Origin: an uncultured SAR324 cluster bacterium
GTDB lineage: Bacteria > SAR324 > NAC60-12
Reading direction: 5' to 3'
Length of the DNA stretch: 55,712 nt
Assembly (NCBI GenBank): GCA_902590435.1
Contig: CACIWU010000003.1
Span: 1 to 55,712, forward strand
This document shows positions 1 to 9,369 of this stretch, piece after piece (the first letter of the stretch is position 1; every line of letters begins with the position of its first letter). Both the position numbers and the translations under genes were made by a program. The notes beneath the pieces were generated by a model. The model was not told the origin of the DNA, made no database searches, and saw only the letters and a list, made by a program, of their open reading frames with translations.

Positions 1-2
1 GA

Positions 3-1076
3 GGAAGAAGACTAAGTTTGAGACCAGAAATGACCCCTTCACTAGCTCGTCTGGTTGTCCAGCAAACAAAATCTATTTCATTTCCAATAAAATGGTTTTC
101 TTTACCCCAATGTTTTAGATATGAGCGGATGACCAAAGGTAGAAGACGAGAACATTTTCAGTGGAATGCTGACATTATTGGACAACCAAAAATGCTTGCA
201 GAAGCAGAAATTATTATGCTTATAATTTCTGCTTCAGAAGAAATGGGTTTCACATCAAAAGACATAAAAGTATTTATAAATGACCGTCGTATTTTAAATA
301 CAATCCTTAGTCAAATTGATGTTCCTAAAGCTATACATAGCGAAGTACTTATTATAATGGACAAACGTGACAAAATTTCATCTGAATCAATTGGGACTTT
401 ATTAGAAAAAGTAGGTTTGTCAAGAAATCAAGTTTTACAACTAAACGAATTTCTATTAGAAACCGATCTATCAATATTAGCAAAAAAACTAAAAGATAAT
501 GAAGCAATCAAGGACTTACAATTTTTGATAAATCTGATTGAAAACGCTGGATACAAAAATTACATGATATTTGACATTTCTATCGTGAGGGGATTATCCT
601 ATTATACTGGTGCGGTTTTTGAAGTGAATAGTGTAAAAAAACAACATCGAGCTATTTGTGGAGGTGGTAGATATGATTCTCTCCTTAGTTCATTTGGCAA
701 GGATGTTGTACCTGCAGTTGGATTTGGTTTTGGAGATGTAGTCGTTTTAGAAGTTTTAAAAGATTTGAATAGATTACCTGAATTAACAAGGCAAATAGAC
801 TATACTATAATCCCTTATGAAGACACACAGATTGGAATTGCTTTGAAAATTGCGACAAACTTACGTTCAAAAGGATTTAGTGTCGATTGTAATTTTAGCA
901 TGAAAAAAATAAAAAAATCTCTTCAATATGCAAATGAATCTGGTGCAAAAAACGCGATACTTCTTTTTCCGAATGAATTATCAGAAGAGAAAGTTATTAT
1001 TAGGGATTTAAATCTTCACGAACAAAAATCAATTAAAATATCAGATTTAATCTCTAGTTCGGAGAAAGTTGCTTGA
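3..1076 (+). CDS. hisS: Histidyl-tRNA synthetase (5' end truncated by window edge)
   Basis: LRPEMTPSLAR, HFQWNADIIG, VRGLSYYTG and ICGGGRYD class II HisRS motifs plus a C-terminal anticodon-binding domain. The frame is open from position 3, so the ORF-track start at 18 is an internal TTG. Confidence 0.97.
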   Translation, partial: GRRLSLRPEMTPSLARLVVQQTKSISFPIKWFSLPQCFRYERMTKGRRREHFQWNADIIGQPKMLAEAEIIMLIISASEEMGFTSKDIKVFINDRRILNTILSQIDVPKAIHSEVLIIMDKRDKISSESIGTLLEKVGLSRNQVLQLNEFLLETDLSILAKKLKDNEAIKDLQFLINLIENAGYKNYMIFDISIVRGLSYYTGAVFEVNSVKKQHRAICGGGRYDSLLSSFGKDVVPAVGFGFGDVVVLEVLKDLNRLPELTRQIDYTIIPYEDTQIGIALKIATNLRSKGFSVDCNFSMKKIKKSLQYANESGAKNAILLFPNELSEEKVIIRDLNLHEQKSIKISDLISSSEKVA

Positions 1077-1591
1077 AAATTTCAAATATAATTTCAACAT
1101 CTTCTTTAAAGACATATTGGGTTATCATGATATCTCTCTTTGGATTTGATCTTTGCTCTAAAATTTGGGTAAGGGTCAATATACCACTTTATGAAACTAG
1201 AGAAATTATTAGTAATTATCTTGATTTATTACATGTTCAAAATAAAGGAATTAGTTTTAGTTATTTTTCAGATCTTTCAGACTCTATTCGAGTTCCTTTT
1301 TTAGTAGGTGTATCTTTAATAGCAGTTGTAGCAATGCTATATTATCAAAATCGATATTGGAGTGAGCTTGATTTTTTTACACGTTCAGGTCTTGCTTGTG
1401 TAATACCTGGTGCTGCAGGGAACTTAGTTGATCGTTCATTTTATGGCTATGTAACAGATTTCCTTCACTTTCGTTGGCATAATACAAGCTTTTTTGTAAA
1501 TAATCTTGCAGATTGTTTCATTAGCCTTGGAGTGATTTTTTTCATAGTACCAATTATTTTTTCGAAAAAATTTAACGTTCCACAAAAGTAA
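1073..1591 (+). CDS. lspA: Lipoprotein signal peptidase (signal peptidase II)
   Basis: DLCSK, NKGISFS, GAAGNLVDR, VTDF and NLAD motifs with hydrophobic helices. TTGA start/stop overlap with hisS. Confidence 0.95.
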   Translation: MKISNIISTSSLKTYWVIMISLFGFDLCSKIWVRVNIPLYETREIISNYLDLLHVQNKGISFSYFSDLSDSIRVPFLVGVSLIAVVAMLYYQNRYWSELDFFTRSGLACVIPGAAGNLVDRSFYGYVTDFLHFRWHNTSFFVNNLADCFISLGVIFFIVPIIFSKKFNVPQK

Positions 1592-1733
1592 ATTTTTTTA
1601 ATTTTTATATTATTTCCCATATTTTTTTAAATTTTTTCCGATTATTGTTTTTTAATTTATGTAAGAAAAAAATATATTTATAGCCAATTACAATAATTAT
1701 ATTTTTGTAGGTGAAGGGGATATTATATGAAAT

Positions 1734-3134
1734 TTATGAGGAGGGAATTGTACGAATTTGTAATGAAGTTGAATAACCTTCACCTGTAAGAATGTTTGCT
1801 AGAACAACGACTTTCTCTTTTGCATCAAATCCTTCTTTGGCAGATAAAATTTTTAAAGCATCTTGTATTGTCTCTTCCGGATTTACATGAAATTTCATTA
1901 AGAAAGGAAAAACTCCTCTGTATAGAGCCATTGAAGTGAGAACATTTGTACTATTTGTAAAAGAATAAATTCCTATTTTAAAAGGGCGTAAATTTGAAAG
2001 ATAACGTGCACCTCTTCCATTACGAGTTATAACCACAATTGATTTAATTTTTAAATTTGTAGCTATTTGAATAGCTGATTCAGCAAGGTATTCTCCATTT
2101 TTGACTTTTACTATTTTATCACTAAAATTAACACCTGGAGATTCTTCTGTGCGTCTCACAATCTTAGATATAGTTTCTACACAACTGAGAGGATATTTCC
2201 CAATTGAGGTTTCTCCTGAAAGCATGATTGCATCTGACTGTTCAAAAACAGCATTAGCGACGTCAGTAACTTCTGCTCTGGTAGGAACAGGATGTTCTAT
2301 CATCGATTCAAGCATTTGAGTAGCTACGATCAAGCGCTTTCCATATTTTGCACATAGATAAGCAATACGCCTCTGAATTTGAGGTAATTCTTCCATCTCA
2401 ACTTCAATTCCTAGATCCCCTCTAGCAACCATTATTCCATCAGATTCTTTAACAATTTCCTCCAGATGGTTAACACCCTCCTGATTTTCAATTTTAGCAA
2501 TTAATTTAATATGATCACCACTATTTCCCAAAATAGCCCTAACTTGTCTAATAGTCTCTGCATTGCGAACAAAAGAAAGTGCAATAATGTTAACATTGTT
2601 TTTCAAACCAAATAATATATCCTTTTTATCAACATCAGTAATCCCTGGAAGTTTAATATTTTTTCCTGGTAAATTAACATGTCTTCTCGCTTTAATTATT
2701 CCTCCATGAATAACTTTGCATCTAAGTCCGTTTTTGTTTTTATCTTTCACCTCTAGGCAAAACAGACCTCCATCAATGGAGATAGTATCTCCAACTTCAA
2801 GATCCTCCTGCAAATATCTATAATTAACATAAAGCGAACCATTTTTTTCTTTATTTGGAGGAGAAACAACAAAAATTATTTTACCTTTATTAATTTTTAT
2901 TTCTTGTTTTCCAGTTCTTATTTCAGGACCTTTAGTATCCAATAATATCGCTATCGGGAAACTTCTTTTCTCATTAATCTTTCTTATTTTTTCAATTATT
3001 TTATAGTGAGTTGAATGATCACCATGAGAAAAATTGAGACGAACTACATTCATCCCCATTAGAGCAAGTTCTGATAACATTTTAGAGGTATTGCTGGCCG
3101 GACCAATTGTGCAGATAATTTTCGTACTTAGCAT
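1734..3134 (-). CDS. pyk: Pyruvate kinase
   Basis: TKIICTIGPAS, RLNFSHG, LLDTKGPEIR, IAKIEN, MVARGDLG, ATQMLESM, PTRAEVTDVANAV and MLSGET motifs. Confidence 0.98.
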   Translation of the reverse strand: MLSTKIICTIGPASNTSKMLSELALMGMNVVRLNFSHGDHSTHYKIIEKIRKINEKRSFPIAILLDTKGPEIRTGKQEIKINKGKIIFVVSPPNKEKNGSLYVNYRYLQEDLEVGDTISIDGGLFCLEVKDKNKNGLRCKVIHGGIIKARRHVNLPGKNIKLPGITDVDKKDILFGLKNNVNIIALSFVRNAETIRQVRAILGNSGDHIKLIAKIENQEGVNHLEEIVKESDGIMVARGDLGIEVEMEELPQIQRRIAYLCAKYGKRLIVATQMLESMIEHPVPTRAEVTDVANAVFEQSDAIMLSGETSIGKYPLSCVETISKIVRRTEESPGVNFSDKIVKVKNGEYLAESAIQIATNLKIKSIVVITRNGRGARYLSNLRPFKIGIYSFTNSTNVLTSMALYRGVFPFLMKFHVNPEETIQDALKILSAKEGFDAKEKVVVLANILTGEGYSTSLQIRTIPSS

Positions 3135-3180
3135 TGAATTGTATCTATTTTAATTTAGTTTCTGATGTCCTTATTGTAAT

Positions 3181-4677
3181 TTAATTAATATATTTACCTT
3201 CTCTAAAGCATTTAAATTGGAGATAATCTTTAAAAATGTAAGGTTTGTATATTGATTTTCCAAGAATCATTCTTATACATTCTTGGATACCTTCAATTAT
3301 TGAGGGGTGAGGATGAATCAATTCAGCCAATTCATCTATTCCTTTATTTGTAGCTATAAGCAATGCAACCGCTTGAATTGCACTTGAAGCATGTTCTCCT
3401 ACTGCTCTTAAACCTAAAATCCTCATTTCATCATCATCAGAAACTAGAATTTTGAAAAAACCTTGAGTGTTTCTCATAGCAACGGCACGAGGAATACATC
3501 GATAATCAAAGCTAGCAACTCGGTAATTTATCTCTAACTTTTGTGCTTGCTGTTCGTTCATACCCACTCCTGCTACTTCAGGATTTAAGAACATTATCGT
3601 AGAGATATTTTCGTATATTATAGGTCTTTTGGGCTTGCCATATATCTTTTCAACAGCATGACGACCTTCTAATTCTCCTACATTTACTAACGCAATATCT
3701 GCTGTAATATCACCAGCAGCAAATATATTAGGAACACTCGTTTGTGTATCATCATCAATGATGTGCCCAGTTTCACTTAATTCTACTCCAATTTCATTCA
3801 GACCTGTACCTTCTATATTTGGTACTCTTCCAACTGAAATCAACGCTTTTTCTGCATGAAATACTTCCTTAGTACCATCCGGATGTTCAAGAATATATTC
3901 TACTTTCCCATCAATAATATCCATTTTTTCAAGTACAGATTCTCTATGAATAAGCACACGATTTGATTCCAAGTTGTCCTCAATAACTTTTGCCAAATCA
4001 GGATCTTCAAAAGGTAAAATTCGATCATCTTTTGAAATAATATGAACCTTAGTTTTGCTAAAATTTGAAAATATCGTAGCAAATTCACAACCAATCACTC
4101 CAGCACCAAGCACTACAAGACTTTCTGGGAATTCTTCTAGAGAACTAATCCCATCACTAGTCATTATAATTTTCTCGTCAATTTTTATAGAAGGAATTTT
4201 TCGTGGGCGACTTCCAGTTGCAACTATAATATTTTCTGAATAGATATTTTCATTCCCAGAATCTGTTTCTATCTCAACATCATTCTTACTTTTTAAACGC
4301 GCCTTGCCCCTAACAAAATTAAATAGTTCCGGATGATTTTCAATTACTAGGCTAAGGTGTTTTTCTAGTTGTTCTGAACGCTCTATAATAGCTTGATTAA
4401 CTTCCTGGAGTATATTCTTAAATTGAAAATCAGGTAAAGGCAAATCGAAATGCTGCATCTTTTTATTAAATGAAGCAAATTCTTTAGAAATTTCCCAAAA
4501 AGTCTTAGAAGAAAGTGCCCCATTATATATCCCTGCACCACCAATTCTATCGCGCTCAATTAGTAAAACATTTTTTTTAAAATCAACAGCACGCATGGCC
4601 GCAGCATAACCAGAAGGACCACCCCCAATTACACACAAATCATATTTTTTCATTCCTATTATTCTATTACTCTTCAA
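3181..4677 (-). CDS. Class I pyridine nucleotide-disulfide oxidoreductase family flavoprotein (SthA/Lpd-like) lacking both redox cysteines
   Basis: FAD motif GGGPSG, IVATGSRP, NAD(P) motif GAGVIGCEF, AAGD and C-terminal HPHPSIIE. The CxxxxC segment reads GGAGIYNGALSSKT. The start is either TTG 4677 (TTGA overlap with the upstream gene) or ATG 4653. Confidence 0.85.
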   Translation of the reverse strand: MKSNRIIGMKKYDLCVIGGGPSGYAAAMRAVDFKKNVLLIERDRIGGAGIYNGALSSKTFWEISKEFASFNKKMQHFDLPLPDFQFKNILQEVNQAIIERSEQLEKHLSLVIENHPELFNFVRGKARLKSKNDVEIETDSGNENIYSENIIVATGSRPRKIPSIKIDEKIIMTSDGISSLEEFPESLVVLGAGVIGCEFATIFSNFSKTKVHIISKDDRILPFEDPDLAKVIEDNLESNRVLIHRESVLEKMDIIDGKVEYILEHPDGTKEVFHAEKALISVGRVPNIEGTGLNEIGVELSETGHIIDDDTQTSVPNIFAAGDITADIALVNVGELEGRHAVEKIYGKPKRPIIYENISTIMFLNPEVAGVGMNEQQAQKLEINYRVASFDYRCIPRAVAMRNTQGFFKILVSDDDEMRILGLRAVGEHASSAIQAVALLIATNKGIDELAELIHPHPSIIEGIQECIRMILGKSIYKPYIFKDYLQFKCFREGKYIN

Positions 4678-6314
4678 ATCATTTTACTTTTTTCTTTTAT
4701 TTCATGATTCAAAATTCTATCATTTTCAGAGTAATCAACTGGTAATTCAATAACATGAACTCCAGGAGTATCATGACATTTTTTCAAAAGAGTAACAAAA
4801 TCATTAGTTTTTTGTACACGATAGCCTTTTGCACCATGGCATTCAGCAAATTTTACAAAATCAGGGTTTTCGTATTGTAATCCAAAATCTTCAAACCCCA
4901 TATTTGCTTGTTTCCAACGAATCATACCATAAGAATCGTCCCTGAGAATCAAACAAACCAAGTTCATTTTTAAACGAACTGCTGTTTCCAATTCTTGTGC
5001 ATTCATCATGAAACCTCCATCACCACAAATAGCCAAAACTTTTCGATCTGGAAAAACCATATGAGCTCCCATTGCTGAAGGTAATCCTGCTCCCATTGTG
5101 GCTAAAGCATTATCAAGTAGAACAGTATTTGGTTCATATGCCTTGTAATTGCGCGCAAACCAAATTTTGTAAACACCGTTATCAAGAGCAATAATACCAT
5201 TAGAGGGCATAACTTCTCTGATATCAAAAACAAATCTCTGTGGTAACATAGGGAAACGGGGATCATCCGCTCCTTCCAATAGATGCTCATCTACAGCCTT
5301 TTTTACCTTCAAAGAGTATGTAAAATCCCATGAACTTTGAGGCATAATTCTTTCTTTAATTTGCCAAATGCTATTTGCAATATCACCAATAACTTCCATT
5401 TGAGGGAAATAGACCTGATCAACTTCAGCCGATGAAAAATTTATGTGTATAACTTTGAATGAATTTTGTTCCATAAAAAATGGTGGTTTTTCAATGTCAT
5501 CATGGCCTACATTTATAATTAAATCTGATTTTTCTACAGCTCTATGCAAAAAATCATTAGCAGATAGTGCAGCATTTCCTAAAAACAAAGGGTCTCTTTC
5601 ATCCAAAACACCTTTGCCCATTTGTGTACTTATAAAAGGGATTTTGGTCTTGTCGACAAAAGCTCTTAGCATTCTTGCAGTTATTTTTCTATTAGATCCT
5701 GCTCCAATCAAAAGTAATGGATTTTTAGATTTTTCGATCATTTCAACAGTGTTTTTGATAGCCTTCTCTTCTGCAACTGGTCGACGAGCACGACTACGCG
5801 GTAAAGGTAAGACATTTGAATCTTCTTTTGCAATATCTTCAGGTAATTCTAAATGAGCTGCTCCAGGACGTTCTTCCTGAGAAATACGAAATGCTTCGCG
5901 AACTCTAGGAGGAATGTTATCTCCACTTACAATAGATTGAGTGTATTTAGTTAAAGGTCTCATCATCTCAACTACATCCAAAATCTGAAACTTACCTTGC
6001 TTGCTATGTTTAATGGGTTTTTGTCCGGTAATCATTACCATAGGCATTGCCCCGAGTTGTGAATAGGCCGCCGCAGTCACCAAGTTAGTGGCTCCTGGCC
6101 CCAAAGTAGAAAGACACACTCCTGCTTTACCTGTAAGCCTTCCATATGTAGCTGCCATGAAACCCGCTGCTTGCTCATGCCGTGTTAAGATCAACTTAAT
6201 GGATGAATCTTTAAGAGAGTTAAGAAAATCTAAATTTTCTTCTCCAGGAATACCGAAAATATGTTCAACACCCTCTTCCTCAAGGGCTTTTACAAATAAA
6301 TCAGATGCTTTCAT
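4674..6314 (-). CDS. ThDP-dependent enzyme, acetolactate synthase large-subunit family
   Basis: FGIPGEEN, RHEQAAGFMA, TLGPGATN, ALATMGAGLP and ThDP motif GDGGFMMNAQELETA. No small regulatory subunit is adjacent. Confidence 0.9.
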   Translation of the reverse strand: MKASDLFVKALEEEGVEHIFGIPGEENLDFLNSLKDSSIKLILTRHEQAAGFMAATYGRLTGKAGVCLSTLGPGATNLVTAAAYSQLGAMPMVMITGQKPIKHSKQGKFQILDVVEMMRPLTKYTQSIVSGDNIPPRVREAFRISQEERPGAAHLELPEDIAKEDSNVLPLPRSRARRPVAEEKAIKNTVEMIEKSKNPLLLIGAGSNRKITARMLRAFVDKTKIPFISTQMGKGVLDERDPLFLGNAALSANDFLHRAVEKSDLIINVGHDDIEKPPFFMEQNSFKVIHINFSSAEVDQVYFPQMEVIGDIANSIWQIKERIMPQSSWDFTYSLKVKKAVDEHLLEGADDPRFPMLPQRFVFDIREVMPSNGIIALDNGVYKIWFARNYKAYEPNTVLLDNALATMGAGLPSAMGAHMVFPDRKVLAICGDGGFMMNAQELETAVRLKMNLVCLILRDDSYGMIRWKQANMGFEDFGLQYENPDFVKFAECHGAKGYRVQKTNDFVTLLKKCHDTPGVHVIELPVDYSENDRILNHEIKEKSKMI

Positions 6315-6381
6315 AAAAATTTCTATTATTTTGTTTATTATTTAAAATATTTTTTCTTTAAATTTATAATCCAAATACTTT

Positions 6382-7965
6382 TCAATTTTTTGCAAAAAAA
6401 CTGTCTGAACTCGCTGCTTCACAAGCGCGAGCATAGCTTTTTGGTTTCGATTTTCCAAGTAGTGAGCCTGTCTCGATATATTCATATATCTCGGAAAAAT
6501 TCCTAATTTCATAAGCTTCAATCCTTCTCATTAAATGCCAAGGTTTTAATTCTTCTGGTTTTTGAAGTCCCATTGCTCCCATAATTTGACATGCGCTGTC
6601 AACTGTATTTCGATGATAATTGTTAACTCTTTTATTTTTATCTTCAGGAACTAGACCTTTCATCAAGCTTGGATCCTGGGTTGTAACACCAACTGGACAA
6701 ACATTTGAGTTACATTTTCGTGCTTGAATACAACCTAAAGCCATCATCATACCCCTTGCAGAATTACATAGGTCTGCACCTAAAGCTAACCGCTTAACAA
6801 GTCCAAAACCAGATGTCATCATTCCACTGCTTATAATCTTAATATTTTTTCTTAAATCGAATCCAACTAAAATATTATGCACAAAAATTAGTCCCTCAAC
6901 TAAAGGGGTTCCAATATGATTCGAAAATTCCATTGGAGCTGCGCCAGTTCCACCTTCTCCTCCATCAACAGTAACAAAATCTGGCGTAATTCCTATTTCG
7001 TGCATAGCTTTACAAATAGAAATAAATTCCCTACGCTTACCAACACAAAGTTTAAATCCAATGGGTTTCCCTCCCGAAAATTCTCTTAATTTACTGATAA
7101 ATTCAACTAATTCAACTGGATTATTAAAAGCAGTATGAGCTGGCGGTGAATCTACGTCATGTCCCATTGGGACATCTCTAATTTCAGCAATTTCCGCTGT
7201 AAGTTTAGCAGCAGGTAAGATCCCTCCATGACCTGGTTTGGCTCCTTGCGAGAGTTTTATTTCAATCATTTTTACTTCTTCTCTCTCTGCATTTAATGAA
7301 AATGATTCTGGATTAAAATTTCCCTCTTTATCACGACAACCAAAATATCCAGTCCCTACTTGCCATATCAAATCACCTCCCTTTAGATGATATGGACTGA
7401 TACCTCCTTCACCCGTATTGTGAGCAAACTTACCAATTTTTGCACCTTGGTTAAGAGCTATCACTGCATTTTTACTCAATGCACCAAAACTCATAGCTGA
7501 TATGTTAAGTAGGCTAGCTGAGTATGGTTTTTTACAATCTGGTCCACCTATCATAACTCTAACATCTTCATGTAGCATTCTTTTAGGTGAAAGTGAATGA
7601 TTAACCCACTCGTAACCAGTTTCATAAACATTTTCTACTGTACCAAAAGGGACTGTATCCCTTGTATTCTTTGATCTTGCGTAAACTACACTCCTCTGCT
7701 CACGACTAAATGGACGACCACTAGTATCTGATTCTACAAAATATTGATAAATTTCAGGTCGTATCTCTTCAAGCAAAAAACGCATATGACCAAGTACCGG
7801 AAAGTTTCTTAAAATGGAATGAGATTTTTGTGTTATGTCGTAAAGTCCAAGCAAAATTAAAGGACCAAAAATTACCAATGACCAAAGTAAATCAGGAAAA
7901 TAAAAAAAAGAAAAAAGGTTTATGCAGATCACGACAAAAGAGATAAACAAAAAAATATTACGCAT
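6382..7965 (-). CDS. FMN-binding glutamate synthase family protein (stand-alone FMN domain with N-terminal membrane anchor)
   Basis: NISAMSFGALS, NTGEGG, EIKLSQGAKPGHGG, VDGGEGGTGAAP and the [3Fe-4S]-type CIQARKCNSNVCPVGV motif. Two N-terminal hydrophobic helices and no glutamine amidotransferase domain. Confidence 0.92.
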   Translation of the reverse strand: MRNIFLFISFVVICINLFSFFYFPDLLWSLVIFGPLILLGLYDITQKSHSILRNFPVLGHMRFLLEEIRPEIYQYFVESDTSGRPFSREQRSVVYARSKNTRDTVPFGTVENVYETGYEWVNHSLSPKRMLHEDVRVMIGGPDCKKPYSASLLNISAMSFGALSKNAVIALNQGAKIGKFAHNTGEGGISPYHLKGGDLIWQVGTGYFGCRDKEGNFNPESFSLNAEREEVKMIEIKLSQGAKPGHGGILPAAKLTAEIAEIRDVPMGHDVDSPPAHTAFNNPVELVEFISKLREFSGGKPIGFKLCVGKRREFISICKAMHEIGITPDFVTVDGGEGGTGAAPMEFSNHIGTPLVEGLIFVHNILVGFDLRKNIKIISSGMMTSGFGLVKRLALGADLCNSARGMMMALGCIQARKCNSNVCPVGVTTQDPSLMKGLVPEDKNKRVNNYHRNTVDSACQIMGAMGLQKPEELKPWHLMRRIEAYEIRNFSEIYEYIETGSLLGKSKPKSYARACEAASSDSFFAKN

Positions 7966-8099
7966 GTATGTTCCCTTAGAAATAAGGATTTTTAAATCCC
8001 TGCTTTAGTAATAGTATATAGAAAAGCTTTAAAGTTTATTGATTTTTTACAGGAAGAAGTGACAAAAGGCAAGTGTAACTGCGAATAGATGGTCAAGTA

Positions 8100-9047
8100 T
8101 TATCCTCCAACTCGTGACATAACTAAAGAAGAACCAGTGAATGCTACATCTTGCTTATAAGATATTGATTTTTGGACAATCTTTTGAAGTTGCTTCTCTG
8201 GATCAGGATGTTCCAGAAGATGACGGATAGATATCGGAGAAGGGTTACTCAGACATCCAATAAGATTACCATCAGATGTTAAACGTAATCGCGAGCATGT
8301 CGAACAAAATGGAGCACTTTTATTTGGAATAATTCCAAAATATCCTCCAGGAACACTATATCTAAGTGAAGTTGAGTCAGAATCTGCTCGAACTGGCTTT
8401 ATCGAGAATCGAGTTGATATTCTACTCAAAATTTCATCCATTGTAACTTGCTGATTCTCATTATTTTTATGAAGAAGTCCCATTCCCATTAGCTCTAAAT
8501 AGCGAATTTCAATCCCTTTTTTCACACCATATTCAAGCATTTCCAAAATTTCATTATCATTCTCATTCTTAATTACAACCATATTTACTTTCACAGAAAG
8601 ACCTAAATTCAAAGATGACTCAATTCCCTCTAGAGTCTTATTAAGCTTTCCAACTCGACCCATCCTTGTGAAATTTTCTGGATCCAAAGAATCTAAACTA
8701 AGATTAACATTCTTGAGACCTACATCATGAAGTTTTTTTACTTTCCTAGACAATAATTGTCCATTTGTCGTAATTCCAATACTACTAATACCCATTTCAC
8801 GAATTCCTGAAATTATATCCGTCAGCTTTGAATATAGAAGTGGTTCCCCTCCAGTCAAGCGTACTTTTTCAATACCAGCATACTTTTTAAGAATACGGAC
8901 TAAATGTAGTAATTCTTCTGTTTTCAATTGATCAGAAGAACGCTTATGATCTTCAATACTAGAGACGCAATAAGTACAGGCCATATTGCAGACCTCTGTT
9001 AATGATATTCTTAGTTTGTTTATATTTCTACCGTGACGGTCAATCAT
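8100..9047 (-). CDS. moaA: GTP 3',8-cyclase (molybdenum cofactor biosynthesis radical SAM enzyme)
   Basis: LRISLTEVCNMACTYC, VRLTGGEPLL, FCSTCSRLRLTSDG..GCL and C-terminal MSRVGG. The start is placed at ATG 9047 because AAAGGAG lies just upstream. Confidence 0.93.
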   Translation of the reverse strand: MIDRHGRNINKLRISLTEVCNMACTYCVSSIEDHKRSSDQLKTEELLHLVRILKKYAGIEKVRLTGGEPLLYSKLTDIISGIREMGISSIGITTNGQLLSRKVKKLHDVGLKNVNLSLDSLDPENFTRMGRVGKLNKTLEGIESSLNLGLSVKVNMVVIKNENDNEILEMLEYGVKKGIEIRYLELMGMGLLHKNNENQQVTMDEILSRISTRFSIKPVRADSDSTSLRYSVPGGYFGIIPNKSAPFCSTCSRLRLTSDGNLIGCLSNPSPISIRHLLEHPDPEKQLQKIVQKSISYKQDVAFTGSSLVMSRVGG

Positions 9048-9052
9048 GAGGT

Positions 9053-9150
9053 TTCTCCTTTCCAAATCCGGGAGGCTGAAAAGTTTCCTAATCAACCCTA
9101 TCGCTCACTCAACCTTAGTAGTAACTTTAGGTTGTAGTGAATCGGAGATT
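9053..9150 (-). ncRNA. Moco (molybdenum cofactor) riboswitch / Moco RNA motif
   Basis: The minus strand reads TCTCCGA-TTCACT-ACAACCTAAAGTTACTACTAAGGTTG-AGTGAG-CGATA-GGGTTGATT-AGGAAACT-TTTCAGCCTCCCGGATTTGGAAAGGAGA. Pairings are visible (TCCGA/TTGGA, TTCACT/AGTGAG, CAACCT/AGGTTG, GGGTTGA/TCAGCCT) with a GAAA tetraloop. The GCCTCCC..TGGAAAGG 3' signature overlaps the moaA RBS. Confidence 0.92.
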
Positions 9151-9369
9151 ATTTTTTCTTTGTTATTCGTCGAATCATACATCATAATTATTAATAATTC
9201 AAGAAAAACAACAAAATTTTTCACAAACAGTTTTTTACTTTTAAACAAAACCTCTTTAAAAATATTTACAACTCAATCATTATAAAAATACAACAAAGTT
9301 TCTTATCAAAATATGTTAAAATGTAATAACATAATAATCTAAATAAGGGTTAATCGAGGATAACTTACA

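Noticed and set aside
7984-8001. Hairpin AAGGATTT-TT-AAATCCCT upstream of the glutamate-synthase-like gene
   Set aside because: Short, AT-rich and without a clear U-tract, so it cannot be called a terminator or operator.
9046-9285. 79-aa plus-strand ORF and the 16-codon upstream extension of moaA (to 9095)
   Set aside because: Both overlap the Moco riboswitch. The RBS supports ATG 9047 for moaA, and the plus-strand ORF has no recognisable features.
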